A stretch of 54,969 bases of DNA from Candidatus Eiseniibacteriota bacterium (lineage in GTDB: Bacteria > Eisenbacteria > RBG-16-71-46), in contig JANLWX010000181.1 of the NCBI GenBank assembly GCA_031364845.1, positions 1 through 54,969 of the forward strand. Reading direction: 5' to 3'. The notes under the pieces were generated by a model. It did no database searches and was not told where the DNA came from. It saw only the letters and a list, made by a program, of their open reading frames with translations. The first letter of the stretch is position 1; the number at the start of each line of letters is the position of its first letter. A program made the translations under genes and the position numbers. Shown in pieces: positions 10,901-18,667 of the stretch.

Positions 10901-11274
10901 ACCGAGTAGTCGTCGGTGCCGGTCACGATCACTCCGGGTTCGGACGCCTTGAGCACGATCGGAGCGTTCAAAGTTCCCGAAGCCGCCAACGTCACAGTCT
11001 CGCGATAGGTCCCGGGGCGCACGATGATGATGTTGCCCGCGGATCCGAACGCGGTGACCGCGCCCTGGATCGTGCGGCACGGAATGTCGATGGTGCCGGG
11101 GCCGAAGTCACTCGCGCCTGGCCGGGCCGGATCGACGTAGTAGACACCGGCGCTCCCGCTCGACGCGATCGTGGACGCCGCGAGTACGGCGAACGCGACC
11201 CGGGCAGCGAACGCAAGCCGTTCGAACGAACGCCGCTTGATTTCGAAAGAGCACCTATGACGACACAACGACAT
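7915..11274 (-). CDS. Secreted beta-helix protein, paralog 2 (beta-helix, PKD, CBM, 1 Ig repeat, CBM, FlgD-like CTD)
   Basis: Same motifs as paralog 1. Start moved from 11685 to ATG 11274, just before the signal peptide (start uncertain); stop lies 2 nt before the paralog 1 ATG. Confidence 0.85.
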   Translation of the reverse strand: MSLCRHRCSFEIKRRSFERLAFAARVAFAVLAASTIASSGSAGVYYVDPARPGASDFGPGTIDIPCRTIQGAVTAFGSAGNIIIVRPGTYRETVTLAASGTLNAPIVLKASEPGVIVTGTDDYSVPAQWAPIADGVHLAAAVTWQPFQVFIDGVRLAPAPALPAPLPPQTFRWIPGEGLYVNVGDNPGSHACEVGRRATGIFLSGVYGIVEGFEINRHDDRAVLVGGAHAIIRECTIRFANKYGIDVTSAPDVQLLSNTVSDNGDHGIIVKKESTRCRIAYNESFRNARPGARAANGLDVDGSIDCVVENNRFHHNQDSGMQFVNGANNGLSRNNASWANGDHGFDHVRTTGIRHFHDVAHANARDGFSFEGFSGGGSLNNCIATDNGLATREFNLWVDEASSEGFVSDYNIFWNSTPQKPIKFRGFQFLNLAEYSSSSGLDRHSRAQDARFMNAAAGDFRLRAGSPAIDAATADSASYPLLDAADQSRFDDPATANAGSGSPDYADLGASEYRNAAPVVAVRSNLTHGIAPQAVEFDAASSSDADGGVVSYTFDFGDGSPVVAAQLSPLITHVYGAGVHTATVIVTDAFGAKDTAQTAITIAQNLCANPGMESDLSGWEAYGPASVARVVGGHSGSSSVAVFAGAAQAVGLADHPNVVSNVPAAGIRYQYSAWVRSASSTGTVKIQLREYLSGMLQGPGAISAAVRLSPVWQPVAAELTTVRPGSSIEFEIKGAVGLAGEDFEIDDVQVADVTDAAADHAPIITAPVTANATPGERLTMSVSAADPDGDPLTALVADLSLLPAGSNASFVVNLARTGGTLTWTPVASDARASGYRVMFTASNAMGGSAGTTIFVGAGTESNLCGNAGFESGVSGWGAYGPATIARVEGGHSGAFCAEVRATGSTTIGLGDLPNWVTVPAAGIVYRYSAWVRSAASTGSAKLVIREFLSGTQQGVTVYSTAVRLSPEWQMISADIRTLKAGSTLEFEIKDYQATSPEVFQIDDVAIVRVASESGGDGRVSRANLSPVLDRFSAAITPNPIRSEGTLDLVLTRRGSVDVQIYDLEGRSVASPCASSVMDAGHHRIAVSLADPRTRVAPGAYFYRVVADEGVLTGKVLVVR

Positions 11275-11678
11275 TCGAACGAACCTCGATGAGTCCGCGC
11301 CTTGATGGCTGCAGAACGACGGGAACGATGTATTTGCGCGGCGCTGCGACTCCACATCCGTGTAAGTTCTACCGATCGAGAGTGACGGACGTACCACGTC
11401 GCCTGCCGCGATATCGCCGTAACCTGTGTGGGCGAAAGAAGCTGGCACCGACTCGACCGGCGATCTTCGAAGCGTTCTGCGTTCACTACCGCAAGTCTTG
11501 AGCCGCCGCCTCCCGCAGTGTTCACGTCGGCCGCGACACTCGAAGTCCGGGCATCGCCGCCGCCGGATTCGCACCGGGCAGCAGCTATGGATGTCCGCAT
11601 CGGAGCGCCCGTCCGGCGGCCCACATTCACTTCCGATTTCGTCCGTCGCCCGGCGTGGCCGCGTGGCATAGTGCCCCC

Positions 11679-13178
11679 ATGCCACTCGACACCGACGCCT
11701 GCTATCGCGCCTTCACCAGCAAGGACCGCCGCTTCGACGGCCGCTTCGTGACCGCCGTCGTCACGACCGGTGTCTACTGCCGGCCCGGCTGCCCGGCGCG
11801 GCTGCCCGCGCGGCGCAACGTGCGGTTCTATGCGCACGCCGCCGCCGCCGAGGCGGCGGGCTTCCGTCCCTGTTTGCGGTGCCGCCCCGAGACCTCGCCC
11901 GGCACCGCGGCGTGGAACGGAACGTCGGCGACGGTCACGCGCGCGTTGCGGCTGATCGACGAAGGCGCGATGGACGGCGCCGGCGTCGAGGCGCTCGCCG
12001 GCCGGCTCGGCGTGACGTCACGCTGGCTGCGGCAATTGTTCACCGAGCAACTCGGCGCCTCGCCGCTCGCGGTCGCGCGCACGCGGCGCGTGCACTTCGC
12101 GCGGCGCCTGCTGGATCAGACTTCGCTCCCGCTGGTGGACGTCGCGGTGGCGTCGGGATTCGGCAGCGCGCGGAGATTGCACGACGCGATCCGCGCCACG
12201 TTCCATCGCGCGCCGGGTGACTTGCGGCGCCGGCAGCGCATCGAGTTCGTCGCGGGCCCGCGCGGGAACGTGCTGCTCGAATCCGATGACGCGAGCTTCG
12301 AGAGTCCGATCACGCTGCGCCTCGCCGCGCGCGCACCGTTCGACGCGGAACCGATCATCCGTTTTCTCGGAATGCGCGCGATCCCCGGCATCGAGCAGTC
12401 CGCGCCCGGCCGCTATGCGCGCAGTATCCGCATCGACGGAACGACCGGCGTGATCGAAGCGCACGCGATCTCCGGCGAGCCCGCGCTGCGGCTGATCGCG
12501 CGGCTCCCATCGCGACGTCCGCTGCTCGCCGTCGCGACACGCGTCGGACGCCTGTTCGATCTCGACTCCGACGCCGTCGCGATCGCCGCACACCTGCGAC
12601 GCGATCCGCGCCTCGCGCGCGTCGTGCCGCGCGCCGGCGTGCGCGTGCCGGGCACGTGGGAGCCGTTCGAGATCGGCGTGCGCGCGATGCTCGGACAGCA
12701 GATCTCGGTCGCCGCCGCGCGCACACTCGCCGGACGGCTCGTGCGCCTGTGCGGCACACCGCTCGCAACACCGCACGAATCGATCACGCACGTGTTCCCC
12801 GAAGCCGCGGCTGTGGCGAGCGCCGATCTCGCCTCGATCGGTTTGCCGCGCGTGCGCCAGGCAGCGTTGCGCGGATTCGCCGAGGCCGTCGCGGAACGCC
12901 GCATCGATTTCCGCGCGATGCACGATCTCGACACCGCCGTCGAACAACTCACCGCATTGCCGGGCATCGGCCCGTGGACCGCGAATTACATCGCGATGCG
13001 CGCGCTGGGCGAACCCGACGCGTTTCCGGCATCGGACCTCGGCGTGCTCAAAGCGCTCGCGCGCGCCGACGGAACGTTGCCCACCGAACGTGAAGCCATC
13101 GAGCGCGCGGCACGCTGGCGGCCGTGGCGCGCGTACGCGGTGATCGCACTATGGACGCACGCTCCCGAGGAGGAATGA
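11679..13178 (+). CDS. alkA: Ada-AlkA fusion: Ada Zn-binding/AraC HTH plus DNA-3-methyladenine glycosylase II
   Basis: DRRFDGRF..TTGVYCRPGCPAR..GFRPCLRC, AraC HTH, AlkA N-terminal domain, GQQIS, LPGIGPWTA HhH, DAFPASD, WRPWRAYA. Confidence 0.95.
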   Translation: MPLDTDACYRAFTSKDRRFDGRFVTAVVTTGVYCRPGCPARLPARRNVRFYAHAAAAEAAGFRPCLRCRPETSPGTAAWNGTSATVTRALRLIDEGAMDGAGVEALAGRLGVTSRWLRQLFTEQLGASPLAVARTRRVHFARRLLDQTSLPLVDVAVASGFGSARRLHDAIRATFHRAPGDLRRRQRIEFVAGPRGNVLLESDDASFESPITLRLAARAPFDAEPIIRFLGMRAIPGIEQSAPGRYARSIRIDGTTGVIEAHAISGEPALRLIARLPSRRPLLAVATRVGRLFDLDSDAVAIAAHLRRDPRLARVVPRAGVRVPGTWEPFEIGVRAMLGQQISVAAARTLAGRLVRLCGTPLATPHESITHVFPEAAAVASADLASIGLPRVRQAALRGFAEAVAERRIDFRAMHDLDTAVEQLTALPGIGPWTANYIAMRALGEPDAFPASDLGVLKALARADGTLPTEREAIERAARWRPWRAYAVIALWTHAPEEE

Positions 13179-13753
13179 TGACGATGGATCTGACGGAACC
13201 CCGCACCGCGACGAAGGTGCTCGATGTGACCACGCTCGAGACTCCGGTCGGGCAGGTGACGCTGTTCGGCCGCGGCGAAGCGCTGGTCGGGCTCGAGTTC
13301 AGCGACCGCGCCTCGCGCGTGAGCGGACTCAATCGCCACCTCGAGCGCGCCCTCGGCGGATTCACTGCGCGGCCCCACGACGATCCCGCCGGTGCCGCGA
13401 CGCGGCTGCGCGCGTACTTCGCCGGTGATCTCGATGCACTCGAACGCCAGCCGGTCGAGTTCCACGGAACGCCGTTCCAGATCCGCGTTTGGCAGGCGCT
13501 GCGCGACATTCGTAGCGGGCGCACGGAATCCTACGGCGCGCTCGCCGCGCGCGTCGGCGCGCCCAACGCCCAGCGCGCGGTCGGTGCCGCCAACGGCCGC
13601 AATCCGATCGCGCTGTTCGTGCCGTGTCATCGCGTGATCGCGTCGGACGGAACGCTGCACGGATACGGCGGCGGGCTCCATCGCAAGGCATGGCTGCTCA
13701 CGCACGAAGGCGCGGTGGCCGGTGAGCTGGCGCTGGATACGACACCACGATGA
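13175..13753 (+). CDS. ogt: Methylated-DNA--protein-cysteine methyltransferase
   Basis: GTPFQIRVWQAL, SYG, RAVGAANGRNP, active-site PCHRV, GYGGG; ATGA overlap with alkA. Confidence 0.95.
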   Translation: MMTMDLTEPRTATKVLDVTTLETPVGQVTLFGRGEALVGLEFSDRASRVSGLNRHLERALGGFTARPHDDPAGAATRLRAYFAGDLDALERQPVEFHGTPFQIRVWQALRDIRSGRTESYGALAARVGAPNAQRAVGAANGRNPIALFVPCHRVIASDGTLHGYGGGLHRKAWLLTHEGAVAGELALDTTPR

Positions 13754-13788
13754 ACTGAAGCGACCTCGTCACACACCTGGAGCCAGCT

Positions 13789-14322
13789 ATGGACTTCGGT
13801 CTCAACCAACTCCCTGCCCGCAACGCGGACACCGGCCTGATCCACGTGGTCATCGAGACCCCGCGCGGCAGCCGCAACAAGTACAAGTATGACGATGCGC
13901 TCGGCCTGTGCATCCTGTACAAGCAACTCCCGCGCGGAGCCGCGTTCCCATTCGACTTCGGGTTCATCCCGTCGACTCGCGCCGAAGACGGCGATCCGCT
14001 CGATGTCATGGTCATCAACGATGAACCCACGTTTACCGGATGCCTCGTCACGGTCCGGCTGCTCGGAGCGATCCAGGCGAAAGAGATCGGCCCGAAGGGT
14101 ACGGTGCGAAACGACCGGCTGATCGGAGTGCCCGAGACCGAGAAGATCCGCCCGCACCAACGCTCGCTCGCGGACCTCGCCCCCGGAGTCCTCGACGACG
14201 TGGAGCACTTCTTCGTTTCGTACAACGTCGCGGAAGGACGCAGGTTCGAAGTGCTCGGCCGCTGCGATGCCGCGGATGCCGGCCGCCTCGTGGACGCGGC
14301 GACGACGGTACGGACGAAGTAG
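13789..14322 (+). CDS. ppa: Family I inorganic pyrophosphatase
   Basis: VIETPRGSRNKYKYD, FPFDFGFIPST, EDGDPLDV signature, FFVSYN. Confidence 0.9.
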   Translation: MDFGLNQLPARNADTGLIHVVIETPRGSRNKYKYDDALGLCILYKQLPRGAAFPFDFGFIPSTRAEDGDPLDVMVINDEPTFTGCLVTVRLLGAIQAKEIGPKGTVRNDRLIGVPETEKIRPHQRSLADLAPGVLDDVEHFFVSYNVAEGRRFEVLGRCDAADAGRLVDAATTVRTK

Positions 14323-14387
14323 CCGATCCATTTCCGCCATGGACGGAGTCGGTCGCGCGCGGGTGCGGATCTCGTTAACATGTCCGG

Positions 14388-15833
14388 GTGCGCATCCTGC
14401 TCTGGTTCCGCAAGGACCTCCGCCTCGAAGACAACACCGCCCTCCACGAAGCCGCGCGTGATGCAGGTGACGATATCGTGCCGTTCTACGCCAGCGAGCC
14501 TTCGCTGCTCGCGCGCGAGGACATCGCGGCCGTGCGCGTGCGCCATGTGCTCGATTCGCTGTCGGAGCTGAGCGAGGCGATTCGGCGCAACGGATCGCAT
14601 CTGGCGCTCGATCACGGTGAAGCCGTCACGACCGTGTTGAAGGCCGCGCAGACAGCAAAGGCCGACGCCGTTTACTGGAACGACGAATACGAGCCGTCGC
14701 TGATCGAGCGTGACGACGCCGTCGAGCGCGTGCTGCGCGCGGCGGGCATCGCGGTGAAGCGGTTTCACGACCGGTTGCTGGTGCCGCCTGGAAGCGTTCT
14801 GAGCGGAGCGGGAACGCCGTTCGTCGTGTATTCGCCGTTTCGCAAGGCGTGCGAGCGTTTGCCGATCGGATCGCCACTGCCCGCGGTCGAGCGTTTCGCG
14901 AAGCACGAACTGCCCGAGCGATCGCTCGGCACGCTCGAGCGGCTCGGCTTCGTCTCGCATCAGGAACACTGGCCCGGCGGAACGCGTGCCGCGCACCGGC
15001 GGTTGCGGCGCTTCGTCGGCGGCACCGGACCCGTGCCCGGCAGTGGCCTTGCGTTGTATGCGACCCATCGCGACTTTCCCGCCGTGCCCGCGATCTCGCG
15101 ACTTTCGGCCGACCTCAAGTTCGGAACGCTGTCGCCGCGTCAGATCGTGCGCAACATCCGCGATGCCGCGACCGCGGATCCTCGACTCGCCGCCGCCGCC
15201 GACAAGTACATTCAGGAGTTGCGCTGGCGCGACTTCTACGCGCACGTGATGTTCCACTTCCCGCACTGCGAGCACTCGGCGTTCCGCGAACGCTACACCG
15301 CGCTCGCGTGGGAGAACGATCCCGGGCGCTTCGACGCGTGGTGCGCCGGGCGCACGGGATACCCCATTGTCGATGCCGGCATGCGTGAGCTCTTGCGCAG
15401 CGGATTCATGCACAACCGTGTGCGCATGATCGTCGCATCGTTCCTCACCAAAGACCTGCTCACGGACTGGAAGCTCGGCGAGCGCCACTTTATGCGGCAT
15501 CTGGTCGACGGCGATCTCGCGAGCAACAACGGCGGCTGGCAGTGGGCCGCATCGACTGGCACCGACCCGCAACCGTACTTCCGGATCTTCAATCCCACGC
15601 TGCAGGGCGAGCGCTTCGACGCTGAAGGTGCGTACGTGCGCCGCTGGGTGCCCGAGCTGGCGAACGTGCCGGCGAAGTGGATCCATCATCCGTGGGACGC
15701 GGCGCCGTTGGAACTGGCGGCGGCCGGAGTGACGCTCGACGAACAGTATCCGGCGCCGATCGTCGATCACCACACGCAGCGGGATCGGGCGCTTGCGATG
15801 TTCCAGGCGGTAGATAAGGTGGGAGCGCCGTGA
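14388..15833 (+). CDS. phrB: Deoxyribodipyrimidine (CPD class I) photolyase
   Basis: WFRKDLRLEDN, SRLSADLKFG, ELRWRDFY, TGYPIVDAGMR, HNRVRMIVASFL, DGDLASNNGGWQW, YFRIFNP. Confidence 0.95.
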   Translation: MRILLWFRKDLRLEDNTALHEAARDAGDDIVPFYASEPSLLAREDIAAVRVRHVLDSLSELSEAIRRNGSHLALDHGEAVTTVLKAAQTAKADAVYWNDEYEPSLIERDDAVERVLRAAGIAVKRFHDRLLVPPGSVLSGAGTPFVVYSPFRKACERLPIGSPLPAVERFAKHELPERSLGTLERLGFVSHQEHWPGGTRAAHRRLRRFVGGTGPVPGSGLALYATHRDFPAVPAISRLSADLKFGTLSPRQIVRNIRDAATADPRLAAAADKYIQELRWRDFYAHVMFHFPHCEHSAFRERYTALAWENDPGRFDAWCAGRTGYPIVDAGMRELLRSGFMHNRVRMIVASFLTKDLLTDWKLGERHFMRHLVDGDLASNNGGWQWAASTGTDPQPYFRIFNPTLQGERFDAEGAYVRRWVPELANVPAKWIHHPWDAAPLELAAAGVTLDEQYPAPIVDHHTQRDRALAMFQAVDKVGAP

Positions 15834-15898
15834 TTCGCACTCCTCCTACGCCGCGATCGCAGCCGCACGGGCTCTGAAAGATTGCGGCTCGGGAACTG

Positions 15899-16825
15899 AT
15901 GCTCCACCTCTGGACCAGTCACCTGCATCCGGTTCCACTTCCCGAAGGCCATCCATTTCCCGCGGCGAAGTACGCGCCGATGGTCGAGCGCCTGATCGCC
16001 GAGGAGCTGGTCGCCGAGGCGCATCTGCATCTTTCGGAGCCCGCGCCGCTCGAGTGGATCCATCGCGTCCACGATCCTTCTTATGTCGCGAACATTCTCG
16101 AAGGCTCGCTGACCGACGCTGAGGTGCGTATCCTCGGGCTGCCTTGGTCGCCGCAACTCGTCACGCGCGCGCGGGCAGCGCTCTACGGGACCGTGATGGC
16201 GGCGCGCACCGCACTCGTGCACGGAATCGCCGGCAATCTCGCCGGCGGATCGCATCACGCGTTTCGCGATCGCGCCGAAGCGTACTGCCTGTTCAACGAT
16301 CTTGCGGTCGTGATCGAGTTGCTGCGCGACGAAGGCCGCGTGCGCCGTCCGTTCGTGCTCGACCTCGACGTCCACCAAGGCAACGGCACCGCGGCAATTT
16401 TCGCGGGTGATCCCGCCGTGTTCACGTACTCGATCCACTCGGAGCACAACTATCCGGCGCGGAAAGAGGCGGGCTCGCAGGACATCCCGCTGCCCGACGG
16501 CTGTCGTGACGACGAGTACCTTGCCGCCCTCGATGCGACCGTGCCCGCCGCACTCGATCGGCACGCGCCCGACTTCGTGCTGTATCAGGCTGGCGTCGAT
16601 GCGCTCGAGCAGGATCGATTCGGAAGGCTGGCACTCACGCACGAAGGGCTCGCGGCGCGGGATGAGCGCGTGTTCCGCTGGCTCGAAGAGCGTCGGTTGC
16701 CGGTTGTCGTGACGCTCGGCGGAGGCTACGGGCGTCCGCTCGAACTCAGCGTCGAGGCGCATGTAAACGTGTGGCGCGCCGCGGCGGCGGCGCTGCGACG
16801 GCAGGCGGTTCGCGACTCGCCGTGA
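15899..16825 (+). CDS. Zn-dependent histone deacetylase family protein
   Basis: GGSHHA, YCLFND, DLDVHQGNG, AGVD..EQD, GGGY catalytic motifs intact. Confidence 0.93.
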   Translation: MLHLWTSHLHPVPLPEGHPFPAAKYAPMVERLIAEELVAEAHLHLSEPAPLEWIHRVHDPSYVANILEGSLTDAEVRILGLPWSPQLVTRARAALYGTVMAARTALVHGIAGNLAGGSHHAFRDRAEAYCLFNDLAVVIELLRDEGRVRRPFVLDLDVHQGNGTAAIFAGDPAVFTYSIHSEHNYPARKEAGSQDIPLPDGCRDDEYLAALDATVPAALDRHAPDFVLYQAGVDALEQDRFGRLALTHEGLAARDERVFRWLEERRLPVVVTLGGGYGRPLELSVEAHVNVWRAAAAALRRQAVRDSP

Positions 16826-17011
16826 AAACCCTTCCCGACCGGAACTCCTCACGCTGAACTCGGAACGAACTGTCTTCACGGACAGTTGGCGACGATCCAT
16901 CGGCGAGGAACGTCAGCCGTGAACGTGCGCGACGCTGCGATCACGCCGTGGTCGATGCGCCGCGTGAGACTGTCATCGTCCAATTGGCGCAACAGAAGAA
17001 GATCTAAAGAT

Positions 17012-17036
17012 CTACGCCGACCTTCGGTCGGCGTAG
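17012..17036. other. Perfect 11-bp hairpin in intergenic DNA
   Basis: CTACGCCGACC-TTC-GGTCGGCGTAG. Confidence 0.7.
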
Positions 17037-17099
17037 TACATGTGCACGATCCTCGCATTCTCCCGCCTCCCCGAACACTCTAGAGGGAGGTGAAGGATC

Positions 17100-17519
17100 A
17101 TGAAGCAGGGACGCAATTGGATCTCCGCGTGTGCGCTGGTCGCGTGCATGGCGGGGGCGGCATGGATGGGTGTGCTCGCGGATGCTTCCGTCGCTCACGC
17201 GGCGGCGGCGAAGGCGGCAACGAAGTCCGAGGCCTCGAAGTCGAAGAATGCCCGGCAGTTTTCGGGTTACGTCACGGCACTCGACAAGTCGTCGCTCACG
17301 GTGGAGAAGCGCGGCAAGCTGGCGAAGACCGTGGTGTTCTCCCGGCATGCCGAGATGAAGACGACGGGCGATCTCGAGAAGGACGCGCGGGTCACGGTGT
17401 ACTACCGCGACGAGGACGGTCAGCCGACGGCGCATCGGGTGGTGGTGAAGCCGGCCAAGGGTGGCTCGTCGAGCGGTCGAGCGGCGGGCTCCAGCACGGC
17501 GACGCGCAGCGGCCGATGA
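17100..17519 (+). CDS. Small exported OB-fold-like protein (DUF5666-like)
   Basis: GGGAGG SD; signal peptide; FSGYVTALDKSSLTV...DLEKDARVTVYY...AHRVVV pattern. Confidence 0.7.
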   Translation: MKQGRNWISACALVACMAGAAWMGVLADASVAHAAAAKAATKSEASKSKNARQFSGYVTALDKSSLTVEKRGKLAKTVVFSRHAEMKTTGDLEKDARVTVYYRDEDGQPTAHRVVVKPAKGGSSSGRAAGSSTATRSGR

Positions 17520-17523
17520 GGCG

Positions 17524-17566
17524 AAGTGGCGGGACGGGCGTGCTTTCGCGCCCGTTCCGGCCACTT
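17524..17566 (+). terminator. GC-rich stem-loop after the OB-fold gene (terminator or mRNA stabiliser)
   Basis: AAGTGGC-GGGACGGGCG / CGCCCGTTCC-G-GCCACTT inverted repeat; no clear U-tract. Confidence 0.4.
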
Positions 17567-17632
17567 GAACTGCGTGCCTCCGGACCGCCATGATCGTCGG
17601 GCTCCATCCCCACCTACGCAGGAGGAAGCGCC

Positions 17633-18667
17633 TTGAGCGGGTCCCCGAACCGTGTCATTCGTGTGTTGAACTGCAGGCCCTTGGCGATGTGTGTCGTGCT
17701 CGGGCTCCTGGTGCCGGGTTTCAAGGCCGCTGGTGCCGCGGGCCAGGGCAAGGACGATCTGCCGCCGTATCATTCGCCGCAGCCGATCACCGAGCCGAAG
17801 CTGTTCAGCGACGCGCAGGTTTCGACGACGGATTTCGAGTCGCATCCGGCGTTCGATGCGAAGATGCGCGTGGTCTACTTCGTGAAGAGCACGCCGGACC
17901 GGCGCTTCGGGACAATTTTGATTTCGCGCTACGCGGGCGCGTGGAGCATGCCGACGCTGCCGCCGTTCTCGGGCAAGTACTCGGACCAGTCACCGTTCAT
18001 CACGGCGGACGGTGCCCGGTTGTTCTACAGCTCGAACCGGCCGGCCGAGGACTATCAGGGCGCGGCCGCGAAGCCGGACTTCGATCTGTGGGTGCTCGAG
18101 CGCAAAAGCGACAGCACGTGGTCGGATCCGAAGAGCGTGGGTGCCGCCGTAAACGGCCCCTCCAACGACGTCTCCCCTTCGATCGCTGCGGACGGCACGC
18201 TCTACTTCAGCTCGGATCGGGCGGGCGGTGGCGGCGGTCGTGATCTATGGCGATCCCGGTTCGTGAATGGTGCCTACGCCGCGGCGGAGCATCTCTCCGA
18301 CTCGCTCAACAGCGCGGGCAACGATTCCGATCCGTGCATTGCTGCCGATCAGAGCTACGTGATCTTCAGCTCCGATCGCGCGGGCGGACGCGGGGGTTCG
18401 GACCTGTACGTTTCGTATCGCCGCGGTGAGCGCTGGTCCAAGCCGGTCAATCTCGGTGAGCCGGTGAACTCGGCGGCGGATGAGCTGTCGCCGTGCATTT
18501 CACCGGATGGCGAGTACTTCTTCTGGGCGAGCTGTCGCAACTTCGTCGAAACCACTCGCGATCGTCCGTGGGAATATCCGGAGCTGCTCGCTCGCCTGCG
18601 CCGCACGCGCAACGGGCTCGGCGACCTCTACCAGATCGATCGTTCCGCGCTCGGGCTCCGTCCGTGA
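17633..18667 (+). CDS. Exported PD40/WD40-like (TolB-like) beta-propeller protein
   Basis: Repeated P.I.ADG..LYFSS.R.GG.G..DL motifs; signal peptide (true start may be ATG 17687). Confidence 0.85.
   Translation: MSGSPNRVIRVLNCRPLAMCVVLGLLVPGFKAAGAAGQGKDDLPPYHSPQPITEPKLFSDAQVSTTDFESHPAFDAKMRVVYFVKSTPDRRFGTILISRYAGAWSMPTLPPFSGKYSDQSPFITADGARLFYSSNRPAEDYQGAAAKPDFDLWVLERKSDSTWSDPKSVGAAVNGPSNDVSPSIAADGTLYFSSDRAGGGGGRDLWRSRFVNGAYAAAEHLSDSLNSAGNDSDPCIAADQSYVIFSSDRAGGRGGSDLYVSYRRGERWSKPVNLGEPVNSAADELSPCISPDGEYFFWASCRNFVETTRDRPWEYPELLARLRRTRNGLGDLYQIDRSALGLRP

Noticed and set aside
11275..11685. N-terminal extensions of the ORF-track calls for paralog 2 (also paralog 4, the ATPase, the S8 protease and the anti-sigma)
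   Set aside because: Extensions are low-complexity or overlap neighbours; signal peptides, SD sites or -10 elements support later starts.
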